From Zootoca vivipara (Eukaryota): a DNA stretch of 64,000 nucleotides. Under the pieces are notes generated by a model that was given only the letters and a program-made list of their open reading frames with translations, did no database searches and was not told the origin of the DNA. Position numbers and translations under genes: made by a program. Positions 42,501-53,174 of this stretch are shown piece by piece. The DNA is taken from contig NC_083276.1 in the NCBI RefSeq assembly GCF_963506605.1, forward strand, positions 61,504,001 to 61,568,000, written 5' to 3'. Positions within the stretch are counted from its first letter, which is position 1; every line of letters begins with the position of its first letter.

Positions 42501-45500
42501 CATTAGTCTGTCAGGCTCCTGGCATGAGCTTGCATGAAGCACGGTCTGCTTTTGGACATGAGTGTAGTCTTTGACAACAGTGGAATATTCCACATTCTGG
42601 GCAGAAACAAAATACACTGTGTCCCTGAAGAAGGAGCCAGTGGTTCTTCCCTGGCTTGAGGCAGGAAGTTCACTGTTCCTTTGCTCCTGACATGCAGCTG
42701 GAAAGCTAATGCATCTAAAATACTTTGAGCACCCCAAAGGTGCTATACATAAATGAAGTAGGATGATCTTGTTGATCAGTTCCCATCAGTTGATTCCAGT
42801 AGGCCTACTCTCTGATTGAGAAAGAGCAAATCTTCTTGCTGTATGCAGAATTCCATGGCAACCCAAGGACAAGGAAGAGTTAGACTCAAATGATGCTTTC
42901 CACTAAAAAGAAAACCATTAAACCCCCAGAGAAATAATGTTGCAGACATGATCATTTCCAAATAGTAACCTAGGGTCCAGAATTGCAAGAACTTCCCATC
43001 CTCATCTAAGATAGAGACACTCTCCATGCACATGTGAACATTCTCGGTCACATCCTGTGTCAGCTGTTCCAAAAATGGGAAGTTGTGCAAAAAAGAGCCA
43101 CACATACTGGATCACCTCCACACTATTTAGAAACCTTGACATATGCCACCCATTGAAATGTAAAACATGTCTTACCGTTTGCAATATATAAATCATGGTT
43201 GCAGCCATGCGAACGGGCTTGTTAAACCTTAACTCCAAGTACTGTGAGAAATGACGAATAGAGTAAATGCAACTTATGTATTAAATCATATTTGATATTA
43301 CTCAATAAACAAAATCATATATGAAACAGTACACATATATAAAACAGTGTAATGCATATTTCAATTATGCCAAAGTGTGTCCATTAATCTGAATGGATGT
43401 GGACTTCTTTTAAAAAATAATAATAATAATCTAATGGTGTCTTAATGATTTATTGTCCAAATCAACACAACCAAAGTAGATGTGATATGGGATATGCATG
43501 ATTAACAGCCCCACATACCAGCTTTAAAGATCAGGGAGACAATGTTTGTTTAACCTATTATTTATTTTCTTTCTCCAATCTAAATTCCACAAGAGAGAGA
43601 GAATGCATTGCATTGTAGAATTAAAAAAAGACAGGTATCAATGTTGTATGTGCCTTTTATCACATAAGAACATGGGGAAAGAGAGGCTTTTCTCCCTCTC
43701 TTTCTATTAGAACGTGACGTGGGACAGGCGAAAGAAAGCACTTCTTGGCAGAGCATAGTTAAGTTATGGAATTGGCTCCCACAAGATGTCATACTGGCCA
43801 CCACTTTAGACAGCTTTAGAAGTTGATTGCACCAACATCAGAGACAGCACGCTTCTTAATGCATTGCTGGAAACCACAAGAGGAGAGAGGGCTGTTCTTC
43901 TCAGGTTCTGCTGGTGAGCTTCCCATTGGCTTCTGGTTGGCACTTTGAGAACAGGATGCTAGACTAGGTTGGTCTTCAGCCTCATCCAATAGGACTTTAC
44001 TTATGTTCCTTTGGGTATTCCACATCACATCTAGTTTGGCATTATAGCAATTCTGTACATACATATTTAAACTGTCTTTACCCCATGGGCAGCCCATTCT
44101 ATTGCACCGCCTGAGGCAAAACAGGTAGCTTCCGCCCCCCCTCCCTAAAGTCTTGCTTATCATGGGTTGTGCATGAGATATTGCCGGAACCTGGGAGCCA
44201 CCACTGCAGTCCCTTCTTCTTGCTTCTCTTGTGGCAGGCAGATGGGTGCTGCCTGCAGTGGTGCCCAAGAAGTGAGGAGAAGTGCCATGTCTCCCCACTT
44301 TTCCAGCAGCAGCAACAGGGGCAGGCAGAGCACTGTGGTGACACTGCCTGAGGCGGCTGCCTTAGTCTACCTCAGCCAGCCTTGCTACTCCCTATATCAA
44401 GGATTTGATACTACATATCCATATTTAAGTATGGATAGAAGCTGTCAGCTGTATCACAACACTCAGCTGCAGAACTTGTACACTTTGTAGATCTATCTAT
44501 CTCTTTATTCCAAACAACTGAACCTATATAATGTTCAAAGTACAGGAAGTATCAAAAATAGCTGTTCTGAAAGAGAATCATTATTGATCGGGTATCCAGG
44601 CAAGGCCTATTTGTGAACATTTTTTTATTTTTAAAAAATCTTGCTAATAACCATATCTCATTCTTTCCAGGTTTATAAAACCGTTTCTTTAACATGACAT
44701 ATCTTAAGATATTCATTCACTGAAGGATATTCCTTATTCTTTCATTCTGCTGTTTTATAGATTCTCAAAGCCCATAAAAAAACAAAACCCCTAATATCCT
44801 TTATCAATAAAAAAGGGTTTTCCATCAGAACTAGAAGCCTATTTAAAGTTATCTAAAGCATGGACCTATTTATTGTCATTACTGATTTTGGCATACCGCA
44901 TTAATCTAGACCAGCCACTGCCAATCTGATACCCTCCTGACAACTCCCACCAACCCCAGATAGCATGGCCAGTGGTCCGTGATAATGAATGTTGGAATCC
45001 AGCTACATCTGGAGGGTAGCAGATTGGAGGCAGCTGGTGTAGACAGTACGTTTATGGGAGAGACAGGTTGACATCCTCCATGCTGAACTTGGCAGGCAAT
45101 GCAATTTAGGATTAGAATGTTTAAAGAATCAGTATCAATGTTGTCACAATGCCTTAAGATTTCCAAATATAATGTCAAGATCTGCATTCTGACAGAAACA
45201 ACATTTGTGGAAAGTGCTTACCTCATAAGTGCTTGTGATGCCGGATCTGTAGAACACAGGTAGGAAAAGTTCTGAAGTGCAAATGATGACAAACATATAT
45301 GCGAGGAAGAAGAGAATGAAGGAAGCTCCATGCCGATACACCTCGGCTGGCGTTCCCAGCACAGTCACTGCTGACATGAAACTAGCAGTGAGTGACAGAG
45401 CGACTGGTCCACAAGTCATCTGCCTGCCACCGACTAAGAAGTCATTGGAAGTGGCTTTCTTCCTCTCTGTGATTGCAAAAAAGACTCCTATGCCAGAAGA

Positions 45501-45578
45501 AACCAGAAAGAGTGCTGCAAAGACCACATAATCCCAGGCGACAAAATTGTTGACCTTCGGGGGGATGAAGGTAGCCAT
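20905..45578 (-). CDS. SLC5A12: Sodium-coupled monocarboxylate transporter 2 (SMCT2), complete 15-exon CDS, 633 aa
   Basis: Minus-strand exons 45578-45222, 43241-43176, 39108-39057, 38404-38337, 36741-36587, 35738-35598, 35100-34971, 33719-33631, 32462-32350, 29603-29536, 28170-28084, 26046-25871, 24945-24842, 23068-22938, 21069-20905 sum to 1902 nt in frame. SSS-family motifs ([22 protein letters not shown]) are present, the sequence is close to SLC5A12 as I recall it, and the start has Kozak context accATGG. Confidence 0.95.
21203..21328 (+). mobile_element. Short SINE with tRNA-Lys(CTT)-like head and CR1-type tail
   Basis: tagctcagttggtagag...gagactctta...gttgggc head followed by ggtcccttccaacc...attctatgattctat. 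Confidence 0.7.
21367..21563. repeat. (TG)n at ~21367-21408 and (CA)n at ~21518-21563
   Basis: Direct reading. Confidence 0.9.
22082..22310. mobile_element. Tc1/mariner-superfamily (Tigger-like) MITE
   Basis: Perfect 23-bp TIR cagtggtacctctacttacgaat, TA on both flanks. Confidence 0.85.
22938..23068 (-). CDS. SLC5A12: SLC5A12 exon 14 ([17 protein letters not shown]...SKALH)
   Basis: gccaag|GT acceptor, CAC|gtgaga donor, 131 nt. Confidence 0.9.
23900..24163 (-). mobile_element. Sauria SINE, internally deleted
   Basis: Reverse complement begins GGGACGCGGGTGGCGCTGTGG; body similar to the 58758 copy. Confidence 0.8.
24220..24767 (+). mobile_element. L2-type LINE 3' fragment
   Basis: [16 protein letters not shown] peptide, T-rich 3' UTR, gggcaggatacaaataaa + (TTA)n end. 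Confidence 0.7.
24842..24945 (-). CDS. SLC5A12: SLC5A12 exon 13 ([13 protein letters not shown]...SSVT)
   Basis: tcctag|G acceptor, G|gtcggt donor, 104 nt. Confidence 0.92.
25286..25635 (-). mobile_element. Putative solo LTR-like element in SLC5A12 intron 12
   Basis: tgtca...tgaca ends, minus-strand AATAAA at 25399-25404; no TSD. Confidence 0.4.
25871..26046 (-). CDS. SLC5A12: SLC5A12 exon 12 ([12 protein letters not shown]...TSSPI)
   Basis: tttaag|GGT acceptor, AG|gtaaga donor, 176 nt. Confidence 0.92.
28084..28170 (-). CDS. SLC5A12: SLC5A12 exon 11 ([12 protein letters not shown]...TNWK)
   Basis: caacag|GCT acceptor, AAA|gtaagt donor, 87 nt. Confidence 0.93.
28862..28996. mobile_element. 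Palindromic hAT-type MITE (same core)
   Basis: TIR caggcatccccaaact; perfect TSD ctcaagac. Confidence 0.85.
29536..29603 (-). CDS. SLC5A12: SLC5A12 exon 10 ([23 protein letters not shown])
   Basis: tttcag|GC acceptor, CAG|gtaact donor, 68 nt. Confidence 0.92.
30752..31712 (-). mobile_element. CR1-clade LINE 3' fragment interrupted by a MITE at 31249-31384
   Basis: Minus-strand peptides [29 protein letters not shown] and [10 protein letters not shown]; TTCTTATG-like tail at ~30752. Related 3' ends at ~32518-32800 (-) and ~43660-44010 (+). Confidence 0.75.
32350..32462 (-). CDS. SLC5A12: SLC5A12 exon 9 ([11 protein letters not shown]...VSKGL)
   Basis: tcacag|C acceptor, T|gtaggt donor, 113 nt. 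Confidence 0.92.
33631..33719 (-). CDS. SLC5A12: SLC5A12 exon 8 (LMPYFVM...AFSGTL)
   Basis: atccag|CTA acceptor, AG|gtctgt donor, 89 nt. Confidence 0.92.
34403..34735 (+). mobile_element. CR1 LINE 3' fragment
   Basis: [13 protein letters not shown]-like segment and attctatgattctg tail. Confidence 0.8.
34971..35100 (-). CDS. SLC5A12: SLC5A12 exon 7 ([10 protein letters not shown]...SAPDQ)
   Basis: cttcag|T acceptor, CAG|gtacag donor, 130 nt. Confidence 0.93.
35598..35738 (-). CDS. SLC5A12: SLC5A12 exon 6 ([13 protein letters not shown]...KHAK)
   Basis: tgtag|C acceptor, GC|gtaagt donor, 141 nt. Confidence 0.93.
36587..36741 (-). CDS. SLC5A12: SLC5A12 exon 5 ([13 protein letters not shown]...SRLTIF)
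   Basis: tcttag|GGC acceptor, GA|gtaagc donor, 155 nt. Confidence 0.93.
36906..37465 (-). mobile_element. Putative solo LTR in SLC5A12 intron 4
   Basis: CpG-rich block; reverse complement carries aataaagttgtggcc as in the 55618 element; no TSD found. Confidence 0.45.
38337..38404 (-). CDS. SLC5A12: SLC5A12 exon 4 ([23 protein letters not shown])
   Basis: ttgcag|TG acceptor, CTG|gtatgt donor, 68 nt. Confidence 0.92.
39057..39108 (-). CDS. SLC5A12: SLC5A12 exon 3 ([17 protein letters not shown])
   Basis: tttcag|ATT acceptor, AAG|gtgagt donor, 52 nt. Confidence 0.92.
40063..40151. mobile_element. CATAG-ended MITE, variant subfamily (89 bp)
   Basis: TIR catagctgtcaacttt; perfect 8-bp TSD ctgccttt. 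Confidence 0.85.
40280..40369. mobile_element. CATAG-ended 90-bp MITE
   Basis: TIR catagctgccaagtt; TSD ccattact. Confidence 0.88.
41174..42215 (+). mobile_element. BovB (RTE) LINE, 5'-truncated and internally deleted, with partial reverse transcriptase
   Basis: ORF 41438-42205 has [10 protein letters not shown] and YADD RT motifs plus a BovB-type C-terminus; (CAA)n tail; 12-bp TSD aaagtcaattaa (41162-41173 / 42216-42227). Confidence 0.9.
43176..43241 (-). CDS. SLC5A12: SLC5A12 exon 2 ([11 protein letters not shown]...ILQT)
   Basis: tcacag|TAC acceptor, ACG|gtaaga donor, 66 nt. Confidence 0.92.
45222..45578 (-). CDS. SLC5A12: SLC5A12 exon 1 (MATFIPPKV...ITSTYE)
   Basis: ATG in Kozak context, GAG|gtaagc donor, 357 nt. 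Confidence 0.94.
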
Positions 45579-45679
45579 GGTGCTAATGCGTGGAGCTCTA
45601 GTCAAATTGATTTGTCCCTTTGTTCATTTAGAGACTGAGCCTCCAAACGAGAAGAGAAATACAATCTCCATAATTTGAT

Positions 45680-45955
45680 GGTTTTATATTCTTAAATTCA
45701 AGAGTACAATCCAGGCTGCAGCAGAAACTTCAGATTTGGTTCACTCGAGAGTCGCAGGGATTTAGTGTACAGACAGGATTAAAGGGACTAACTGCTACTT
45801 TCCATGTAATTATTGCCTGTCTCGTCAAAGAAGTGTTCAAAGCTCTGTGAAATAACGGTTTGAAAGGATTCACACCCTTTTTATCTGACAAGCTTTTTTT
45901 ATTTCGGGTTAAACATTACTCGAACAGACTGACTAACATCCAGATTGGTCAGCAT
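45680..45955 (-). promoter_or_regulatory. Putative SLC5A12 proximal promoter
   Basis: Repeat-free region 5' of the ATG with minus-strand TATAAAA (45682-45688), an HNF1-like GGTTAAACATTAC (~45907-45919) and CTGACCAATC (~45942-45951). Motif matches only. Confidence 0.4.
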
Positions 45956-46702
45956 TTCACGTAATAAATTAGGCGGCCATCAAACAGTATGTAGAAATTG
46001 CTCTATGTGAGCGTTGTAAGCTTTGTGACAATGTGAGAGCACTCATTGAGTTTAAGACATGCAGATATCTGAATCTGGATTTGAGAGTGGCCTGGCACTT
46101 GAGCTGCGTGCCCTGTCACAAATGGAAGAGCTTCTTCTCTTCACAGCTGGGACTCCTATCCAGCTAAGGTACCGACTGGCAGAAGGGGAAAAGAGAAGCC
46201 AGTGCTGGATCAGTTGCAAATGCACCCTTTCTAGGGAATGCAGAGGAGAGGGCCGTGGCAGGTGTCCTGGCTGTAACTGAGTGATTAAGGTTTCTGCCAA
46301 AATCTTTAATACTGAAATCAGTACGGTACAAAGGCAATGCAAGGGTTAAAAGGAACAGCATGTGACATGCATGAGCAGCACACCTCCCTGCCCTTTGCTT
46401 TTAAGGGTGGGCACAGGTTTAATGTGGCAAGTAAAAGAGGCATCTTTGGACTGCGCAGACAAATGAGCACTCCTCCAGGCAGGCCTGGCCTGAGGAGTTT
46501 GTACAAGCCAGCACTAGCATCTCTGTTTCCTAGGCAACTGGGAGAAGACATTGCCAGCTCTGAGCCAGACTTGTCACCCGGTGCCTCCTCTGCAGGTTCA
46601 GTCCCACCAACAAGACATATCAGAAGTGGTTCCTGGGCAGAAGGGGGCTGGACAGAAGCCTCTGGTGGTGTAGGGGTCGGTCACTTCTCAGACAATCTAC
46701 TT

Positions 46703-46845
46703 CAGGCATAGGCAAACTCGGCCCTCCAGATGTTTTGGGACTACAACTCCATCATTCCTAGCTAACAGGACCAGTGGTCAGGGATGATGGGAATTGTAGT
46801 CTCAAAACATCAAAACATCTGGAGGGCCGAGTTTGCCTATGCATG
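46703..46845. mobile_element. Palindromic hAT-type MITE (same core)
   Basis: TIR caggcataggcaaactcggccctccag; TSD atctactt/atctaccg. Confidence 0.8.
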
Positions 46846-47662
46846 ATCTACCGTACTTGATCTGAGTATTCCCAGGGATCAGTTGAGGCCTTTTGCTGTG
46901 CAGCTACTGTATGTCTAGTAAGTTAAACACAGTTGCATGCACCCTATACACTTACAGCACCCTTATAACACTCTAACAGTCATGGATTTCCCCCAAAGGA
47001 TCCTGGGAAGTGAAGTTTAAGACAGCTGAGAGTTGTTAGGAGAGCCTTCACGGAGCTACAACTCCCAGCACCTTTAGCAAACTACAGTTCCCTCAATTCT
47101 CAGCAGGGAAGGCAATGACTGCTAAAGCAGCAAATGAGGGTCTTAAATATATCGTGTTGACCTGATTAAATGACAGGAGGCTATTCAGTATGAGACCTGT
47201 TGGGATTGCACCTCCTGGTCGCACTCTGTATGCACCTTCAGTACAATGCCTGAAAGAGTCTCAGCCCCTGCACTGTATGTGTGTGCAGTTAATTTCCCCC
47301 TATTTGCATACTCTAGAATAGGCAGAGTTCACAGGAACATGGACAGAATGTACATGCTTTTGTCTAGTACATGTTTTGGCCTTTCAGATCATCTACCAAG
47401 CACAAGTAACAATGAAGCTAGAGGACATGAGTTTGTGCGAGTCTCTTTTGCCCTCTGCAGGCATTCAGATCAAATGTCTGAACAGGACTATTCTCTCCAA
47501 CACTTCACAGGTGAAAACCAGGATACCCCTGGTCTCACATCAAGGACCTGAGCCTCCACAATTGCATGTTGCCATCCTGCCATTTCTGAAACAGGGAGTG
47601 TAAGCAGACTGAGCAGAAACAGCTTACTTTTGTAAAGTCTAAGAATGCTGCACAGCCTATTT

Positions 47663-47798
47663 CAGGCATCCCCAAACTCAGCCCTCCAGATGTTTTGGGG
47701 CTACAGTTTGCATCATCCCTGACCATTGGTCCTGTTAGCTAGGGATGATGGGAGTTGTAGTCCCAAAACAGCTGGAGGGCCAACTTTGGGGATGCTTG
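47663..47798. mobile_element. Palindromic hAT-type MITE (same core)
   Basis: TIR caggcatccccaaa; perfect TSD gcctattt. Confidence 0.85.
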
Positions 47799-48340
47799 GC
47801 CTATTTTATTGCACAGTCAATCTGGTTGTACTTACTATAGGATAACTGTGTTCAGCAACATCTTACAATCTGGATAGGTGGTTCTGGGATCTGGAAAGGA
47901 AAAGGTGTGCTGGGATTTTGTGTGGATTTTGCATGCACACGCTTGCAAACTGATGTCATCTATCCCCCTCCCGCCAAGGGAGGGAGCTGAACCCTTTAAA
48001 AAGGGAAGGTCTAACCAATTCATATGATTTGAAAGAACCAGAAAACGGACTGTCCCTCAAGAAAAAAACATGTTATGTAACATGCTTCAGCCCTCAACTT
48101 GCAACATTGCGGCTTGCAAGGACTATGTGGTTAGCTGAATATGTGTGTAGTAGAGGTCATGCTCACATGGTCTGTGAGCTCTTGACTCTGTGGTTGCACA
48201 ATTAAGAGCAGTGAGAGGGATTAAGGGGAAGAGGAGGAAGAGGAACCAGTTGGTCAGCCTATCGCCTTCCTCCGTCTCACCCCACCTACTTCCTTGGCAA
48301 CCCTCAGTCATTCACACACAGACACTCTCTGCCCTTCCTT

Positions 48341-48430
48341 CATAGCTGCCAAGTTATCCCTTTTTTACAGGGATTTTCCCTTATGCTGAATAGGCTTCCT
48401 CGCGAGAAAAGCGAAAACTTGGCAGCTATG
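48341..48430. mobile_element. CATAG-ended 90-bp MITE
   Basis: TIR catagctgccaagtt; TSD ccttcctt. Confidence 0.88.
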
Positions 48431-48743
48431 CCTTCCTTCCACCCATGGGAGAATTGGATCTTAGCCCAAATGTTTTGCTTCTGCCCAATTGAGGCCTGGT
48501 TCTTACTAAGGCAATAAACATTTTTCTGAGCTGGACCATTCCTAGGCTCACATGGTTGAGTTCTCAATGTGTGGTGTAGTGGAAGAAAAGTAGATGTTCA
48601 GAAGATGACAAAGAAGCCTAAGCCTTTCTTCCTGAGATTTCATTTTGCTATGTGAAAGGGTTTTTATATTGATTGATTTATAAGTAGCTGCCTGAAGAAA
48701 TGAGCTCAGCCAAGAAATGAGCTGAACAACTCATTGAGAACTT

Positions 48744-48920
48744 NNNNNNNNNNNNNNNNNNNNNNNNNNNNNNNNNNNNNNNNNNNNNNNNNNNNNNNNN
48801 NNNNNNNNNNNNNNNNNNNNNNNNNNNNNNNNNNNNNNNNNNNNNNNNNNNNNNNNNNNNNNNNNNNNNNNNNNNNNNNNNNNNNNNNNNNNNNNNNNNN
48901 NNNNNNNNNNNNNNNNNNNN
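48744..48920. other. Assembly gap (N run)
   Basis: Run of n characters. Confidence 0.99.
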
Positions 48921-50819
48921 CCACTGAAAATGAATTTTGCAGCATTTGAACTGATTCCACCAAGTTCACATTACAGTGCAACAATTATGGATTAGAAAAA
49001 TTGTAAAGCAAATGTTTTATGTATGACAAGTCATTATTTTTAATGTAAGTTGCGTAATGTTCAGAATGATGAAATATAGATACAACCTACCTGGTGGCTG
49101 TTTTTTTAAAAGTTTAATACAGTACATTTTTCTGAGGAATGAATTTCATGTGGCAAAATCTAATTTGATTTGCTAATTTTTTTACCCCTTGGTGCAGTGC
49201 CTGCCTCAGTTACATTTTAATTTCTAAAGGTACATAGTTCTTCAACTCATCTAGCAGAAAACAGTCTGGAAGGAACTATTGCCCTGGATGCATTCCCCAC
49301 CTCACCCCAGTGTTAATATTAAAGCAGAAAAGTATGGTTAACAACTTGTAGAGAAGCCTGACAGTAGTAATGCCATTCCATTACACCAAGGAGGTCTTCA
49401 GGCCAAATACCAATTGGGATTTGTGAGGGAACATTAACTTCACAACCCTCACGCAAAGAGTTCTCTTCTTGGACAATGAATATCACGTTGAGCCCAGTAC
49501 AACTAATCATATTGTTAGAAATATTGATTAAATATCTTAATAACAAATCTGAATTCTTAGGCTGGTATAATGAAGGAATCTCTATTTCAACAGAAGAGCA
49601 AACATATATTTGTGGCTTTTGGGCTGATTAAAAATCACTCCCTTTTAATAGTAAACTCAGATAGCGTCAGCAGAAATGAATCCGAAATGAGGCAAAATGA
49701 TTCTTGGGGAAACCCTGAGGATCCAGAAGTACAAAAATCTTTCTCCTTTTATAAACAACAACTAAAACCCCCAGCAAGGAGTAAACATGCTCAGTAGCCA
49801 CAAAATATTGAGTGTCAGTTGAAAAGAAAATCAGAAAATATTGCATCGGTAGAAAGATTCTATTACTCAGTTCACTGACCTATGCCTTTCAGGGCCAAAC
49901 TAGATATAGCATGAATTGCCTAATTGCTGTTAATGGGCATTTTTAAAATTATGCTAAATTGTAATCACAGAGAAACGTGAACAGCCTCAGGATTGTGGGG
50001 CAGGGTTTAAACATCAACCTCCTTTAAAGGGTTGGGTTTAAAAGTTATTAAAGATACTGTATACTCTTTATTTATATACTCTGTAGGATATATATATTTT
50101 TGGGGGGGTTGCTGTTTTAATGTTGCATTGTTGATTTTTTAAATAAATAAAATCTAGTCATTCATCACCCAGTCCTTGGTTATGAGATGCCTAAGAAATG
50201 TGGCAAATAAACAATGAAAAATGATGAAAAATTAAATGATTAAATGAACCTTCTGGCTCTGAAACAAGGAAATATATCTTCTGAATGTGCTGCTACGGCT
50301 TGAACTGAACAATAGAATTTATTCATAGTATTCATTTACAATGCCTCACATATTCCATCTTTTAGTAAAATACTTGAGCCTTAAGGGCCATTTGTTCTAA
50401 TCTTGTACTTAGTTCAGCAAATGTAAAAAATGTGCCATTTCTTTACCTTCCAGTAACCTAATACTTTCCGAGGTTCCCTTCACAATTATTGGCAAATGTG
50501 CCTTCACGTAAAAGGAATCCTTATCTCTGTGTTAATGCATAACCAATATCTCAAGTCAATGGGAAGAGAATATCTCAGGTGCAATAGGGAAGTAGGAATG
50601 TACGATTTGTAAGACCCCCCAACACATTGTGCAATGAACAGGGTTTAACAGTAAAAATGATTAGATGTCCCTCTCACAAGCAATTACGGCTGACTTTCAA
50701 ATGTCCCGTGTTTACTATCTGTTTTTAGATTTTCTTGATAACTCAGTTCTGGGCAAGACCAATTGTAACTAGATTCACATAGGCTTGCCGTATGTCAGTC
50801 AGGAAGCATGTTGACATGT

Positions 50820-51493
50820 TGTCAAGGCTTCAGGAAAGGTATTCCTCCCTGGTTGCAGCAAGAGCAGAGAAAACAAGGAGAGTCCTTTTTAATGAGTTTA
50901 TTCAATCATAATAGCAAGAGACAAAAGAACGCAGCAAGCCTTAACAATGGCGTTGCCCCAAACTAGGCTCCTCCTCCCTCCTTCCTAGCCACAGCATCTT
51001 CCCTTACGGTGGCCACTCATGGTCAAATGTCTCTACAGTCATACCTCGGTTTAAGTACGCCTCGGTTTGAGTATTTTCAGTTTAAGTACTCTGCAGACCT
51101 GTCTGGAACGGATTAATCCACTTTCCATTACTTTCAATGGGAAAGTTCGCTTCAGGTTAAGTACGCTTCAGGTTAAGTACAGACTTCCGGAACGAATTGT
51201 GTTTGCAAACCAAGGTACCACTGTAATTCCTTTGTTCCTGCACTCTTAATAAACACTGAGTTTTGGGAGAAGGGGGATCAGAAATACTGTTCAGTAACAA
51301 CATGTCAGCTGGCTGCTCTGTCACAGTTCCCCCTCCCTTCTTCTAACACTTCCCAAGTCTTCTGTTCATCTATCTCTGAGCTGTGTCTTTCCTCAAACCC
51401 CTGCTGTAAATCAATGCTTCATCCCTCTTCTCCTGCAGCCTCACAGTGATCTCCACCATTCTTCATCTTGCCTCTTGAGTCTACTCCCTGACA
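50820..51493 (-). mobile_element. Solo LTR-like element
   Basis: tgtca...tgaca ends, 5-bp TSD catgt, minus-strand AATAAA near 50896. Confidence 0.7.
51036..51223. mobile_element. Tc1/mariner-superfamily MITE nested in a solo LTR
   Basis: cagtcatacctcggttt / aaaccaaggtaccactg TIRs, TA flanks. Confidence 0.75.
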
Positions 51494-52370
51494 CATGTCC
51501 TGGTTTCTGGGTGTAAAAAATGACATCAGGGGGGAATTATACCAAATTGGCAAAATGTCAGGGAAAACACGGATTTATGGCAATGTGGTGGGAAAAGTAG
51601 TGAAAACAGCTCCAAAAGATTAAAATCACTATTTTTGGCAACGCTACACAGAGGGGAAAACATGAAACACTATTTGTTGTTGCTGCTGCTGCTGTGCAAA
51701 CGCTACAGACACCTGTTCCATCACTATATTGTCAATTCAGGAATACCTATTCTCGCATACTTTGCATAGAAGGTTTAATTAATGGCTAATTTCAAACAGA
51801 ATTCATCTGTTTTAAGACTACAATTCCCAGCATCCCTGACCACTGGTCCTGCTAGCTAGGGATCATGGGAGTTGTAGGCCAAAAACATCTGGAGGGCCGA
51901 GGTTGAGGAAGCCTGACATTGAGAGAAAGAAGTTAAAGTTAAGGAAAAGAAGTTAAACAGCTGATGAGGCCAAATATCAACCCATTCGTCTTTTGCCAGG
52001 GCTCTTTCAGTTGTGAGCTAATTTCCTCACACACACACACCTGACACACACATTTGCAGGCATGCAGGCTCTTTAACTGAAGATATAATGTGTCTTAACC
52101 AACCTAAGTAGGCAAGCTTTGAAATTGAGGCTGCCCACAAACAGCTGGTGAGACGGGATCATAAGCAAAGGAAAGTTTTGCTTATGTCTCTTTTCCCTCA
52201 TTTCTGAGAATTAAGTAACTGTAAGGGACTGACTTTCACTACACTACAGATCAAGGGTGCCACCTCCTGGGGGCCGAGGCACTTTGGGGGGGCCCTGATA
52301 TATTTTTGATGTTTTTTTGAGGGGGCAGGCCCCTCAATTATCTGCTACAGATAGATCACAAGCATTCACG

Positions 52371-53174
52371 TGTCGGGAGGTGTCAGAGACATGGCCGGCA
52401 GAGAGGAGTCTGCAGACGGGGAGGAAGAGGCAGAGGAAAACAGAAACTTGCTTCTTTCACACAACGAAAGTGAGATGAGCCCCTCTCGCTCTGGAATACT
52501 GCCTGTAAGTTTTCGCAGCAGCACAGAGATGAGGGAGTAGGATGCAGGTGGTAGGAGGGGGTCGGATTCAACTCCAGAGGAGGAGGAATGGGCTGCACCT
52601 GAGTCTCCAATAGGTAGAAGGCGGAGCAAGCGATTAGAACAAAGGAAGATCAGCAGGAAGTGGGGCATACCTGCCAAGTTGCTGTCGGAGAAATAAGGGA
52701 CCGGGCGGAAGTAGCAGACCGGAAGTAGCGCTGCCGCCATTTTGGAACTGGGCGGAGCATGCTCAGAAGTGACTTTTGATGCTGCTTTGCCCAGTTCCAA
52801 AATGGCCGCCGCGTCAGAAGTTGCACTGCAGCCATTTTGGAACTGGGCAGAGCAGCATCAAAAGTCGCTTCTGAGCATGCTCCGCCCAGTTCCAAAATGG
52901 CCGCCGTGCCAAAATAAACCGGGGAAAAACAAAAAAAAATCATTTTTTCAGCTAGAAACAGCTGGAAAAATGGGGATTTCCCGGGAAATACGGGAGACTT
53001 GGCAGCTATGAAGTGGGGACAGGCTTGGGGTATTTCTGGCCTTGGAAGGGGCCAGAAGCCAGTCGAGTCAACCGACTCCAACAGTGAGGTATGAATTGTG
53101 GGACGCTTGGGTTGCTGAAAGCCTGTTGTTGATAAATGAACCTCAACTAGTTGAACCAACAGAGGAAGCCACCA
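52371..53174 (+). mobile_element. Putative solo LTR-like element hosting the 345-bp MITE
   Basis: TG start, CA end, possible 4-bp TSD cacg/catg; purine-rich body; boundaries uncertain. Confidence 0.45.
52666..53010. mobile_element. 345-bp relative of the CATAG MITE with internal palindromes
   Basis: catacctgccaagt ... acttggcagctatg ends; perfect 8-bp TSD aagtgggg. Confidence 0.85.

Noticed and set aside
45579-45605. N-terminal extension of SLC5A12 suggested by the ORF track
   Set aside because: Starts at a TTG (prokaryotic start rule); the ATG at 45578 has a strong Kozak context.
48706-48984. ORFs spanning the N run
   Set aside because: Artefact of the assembly gap.
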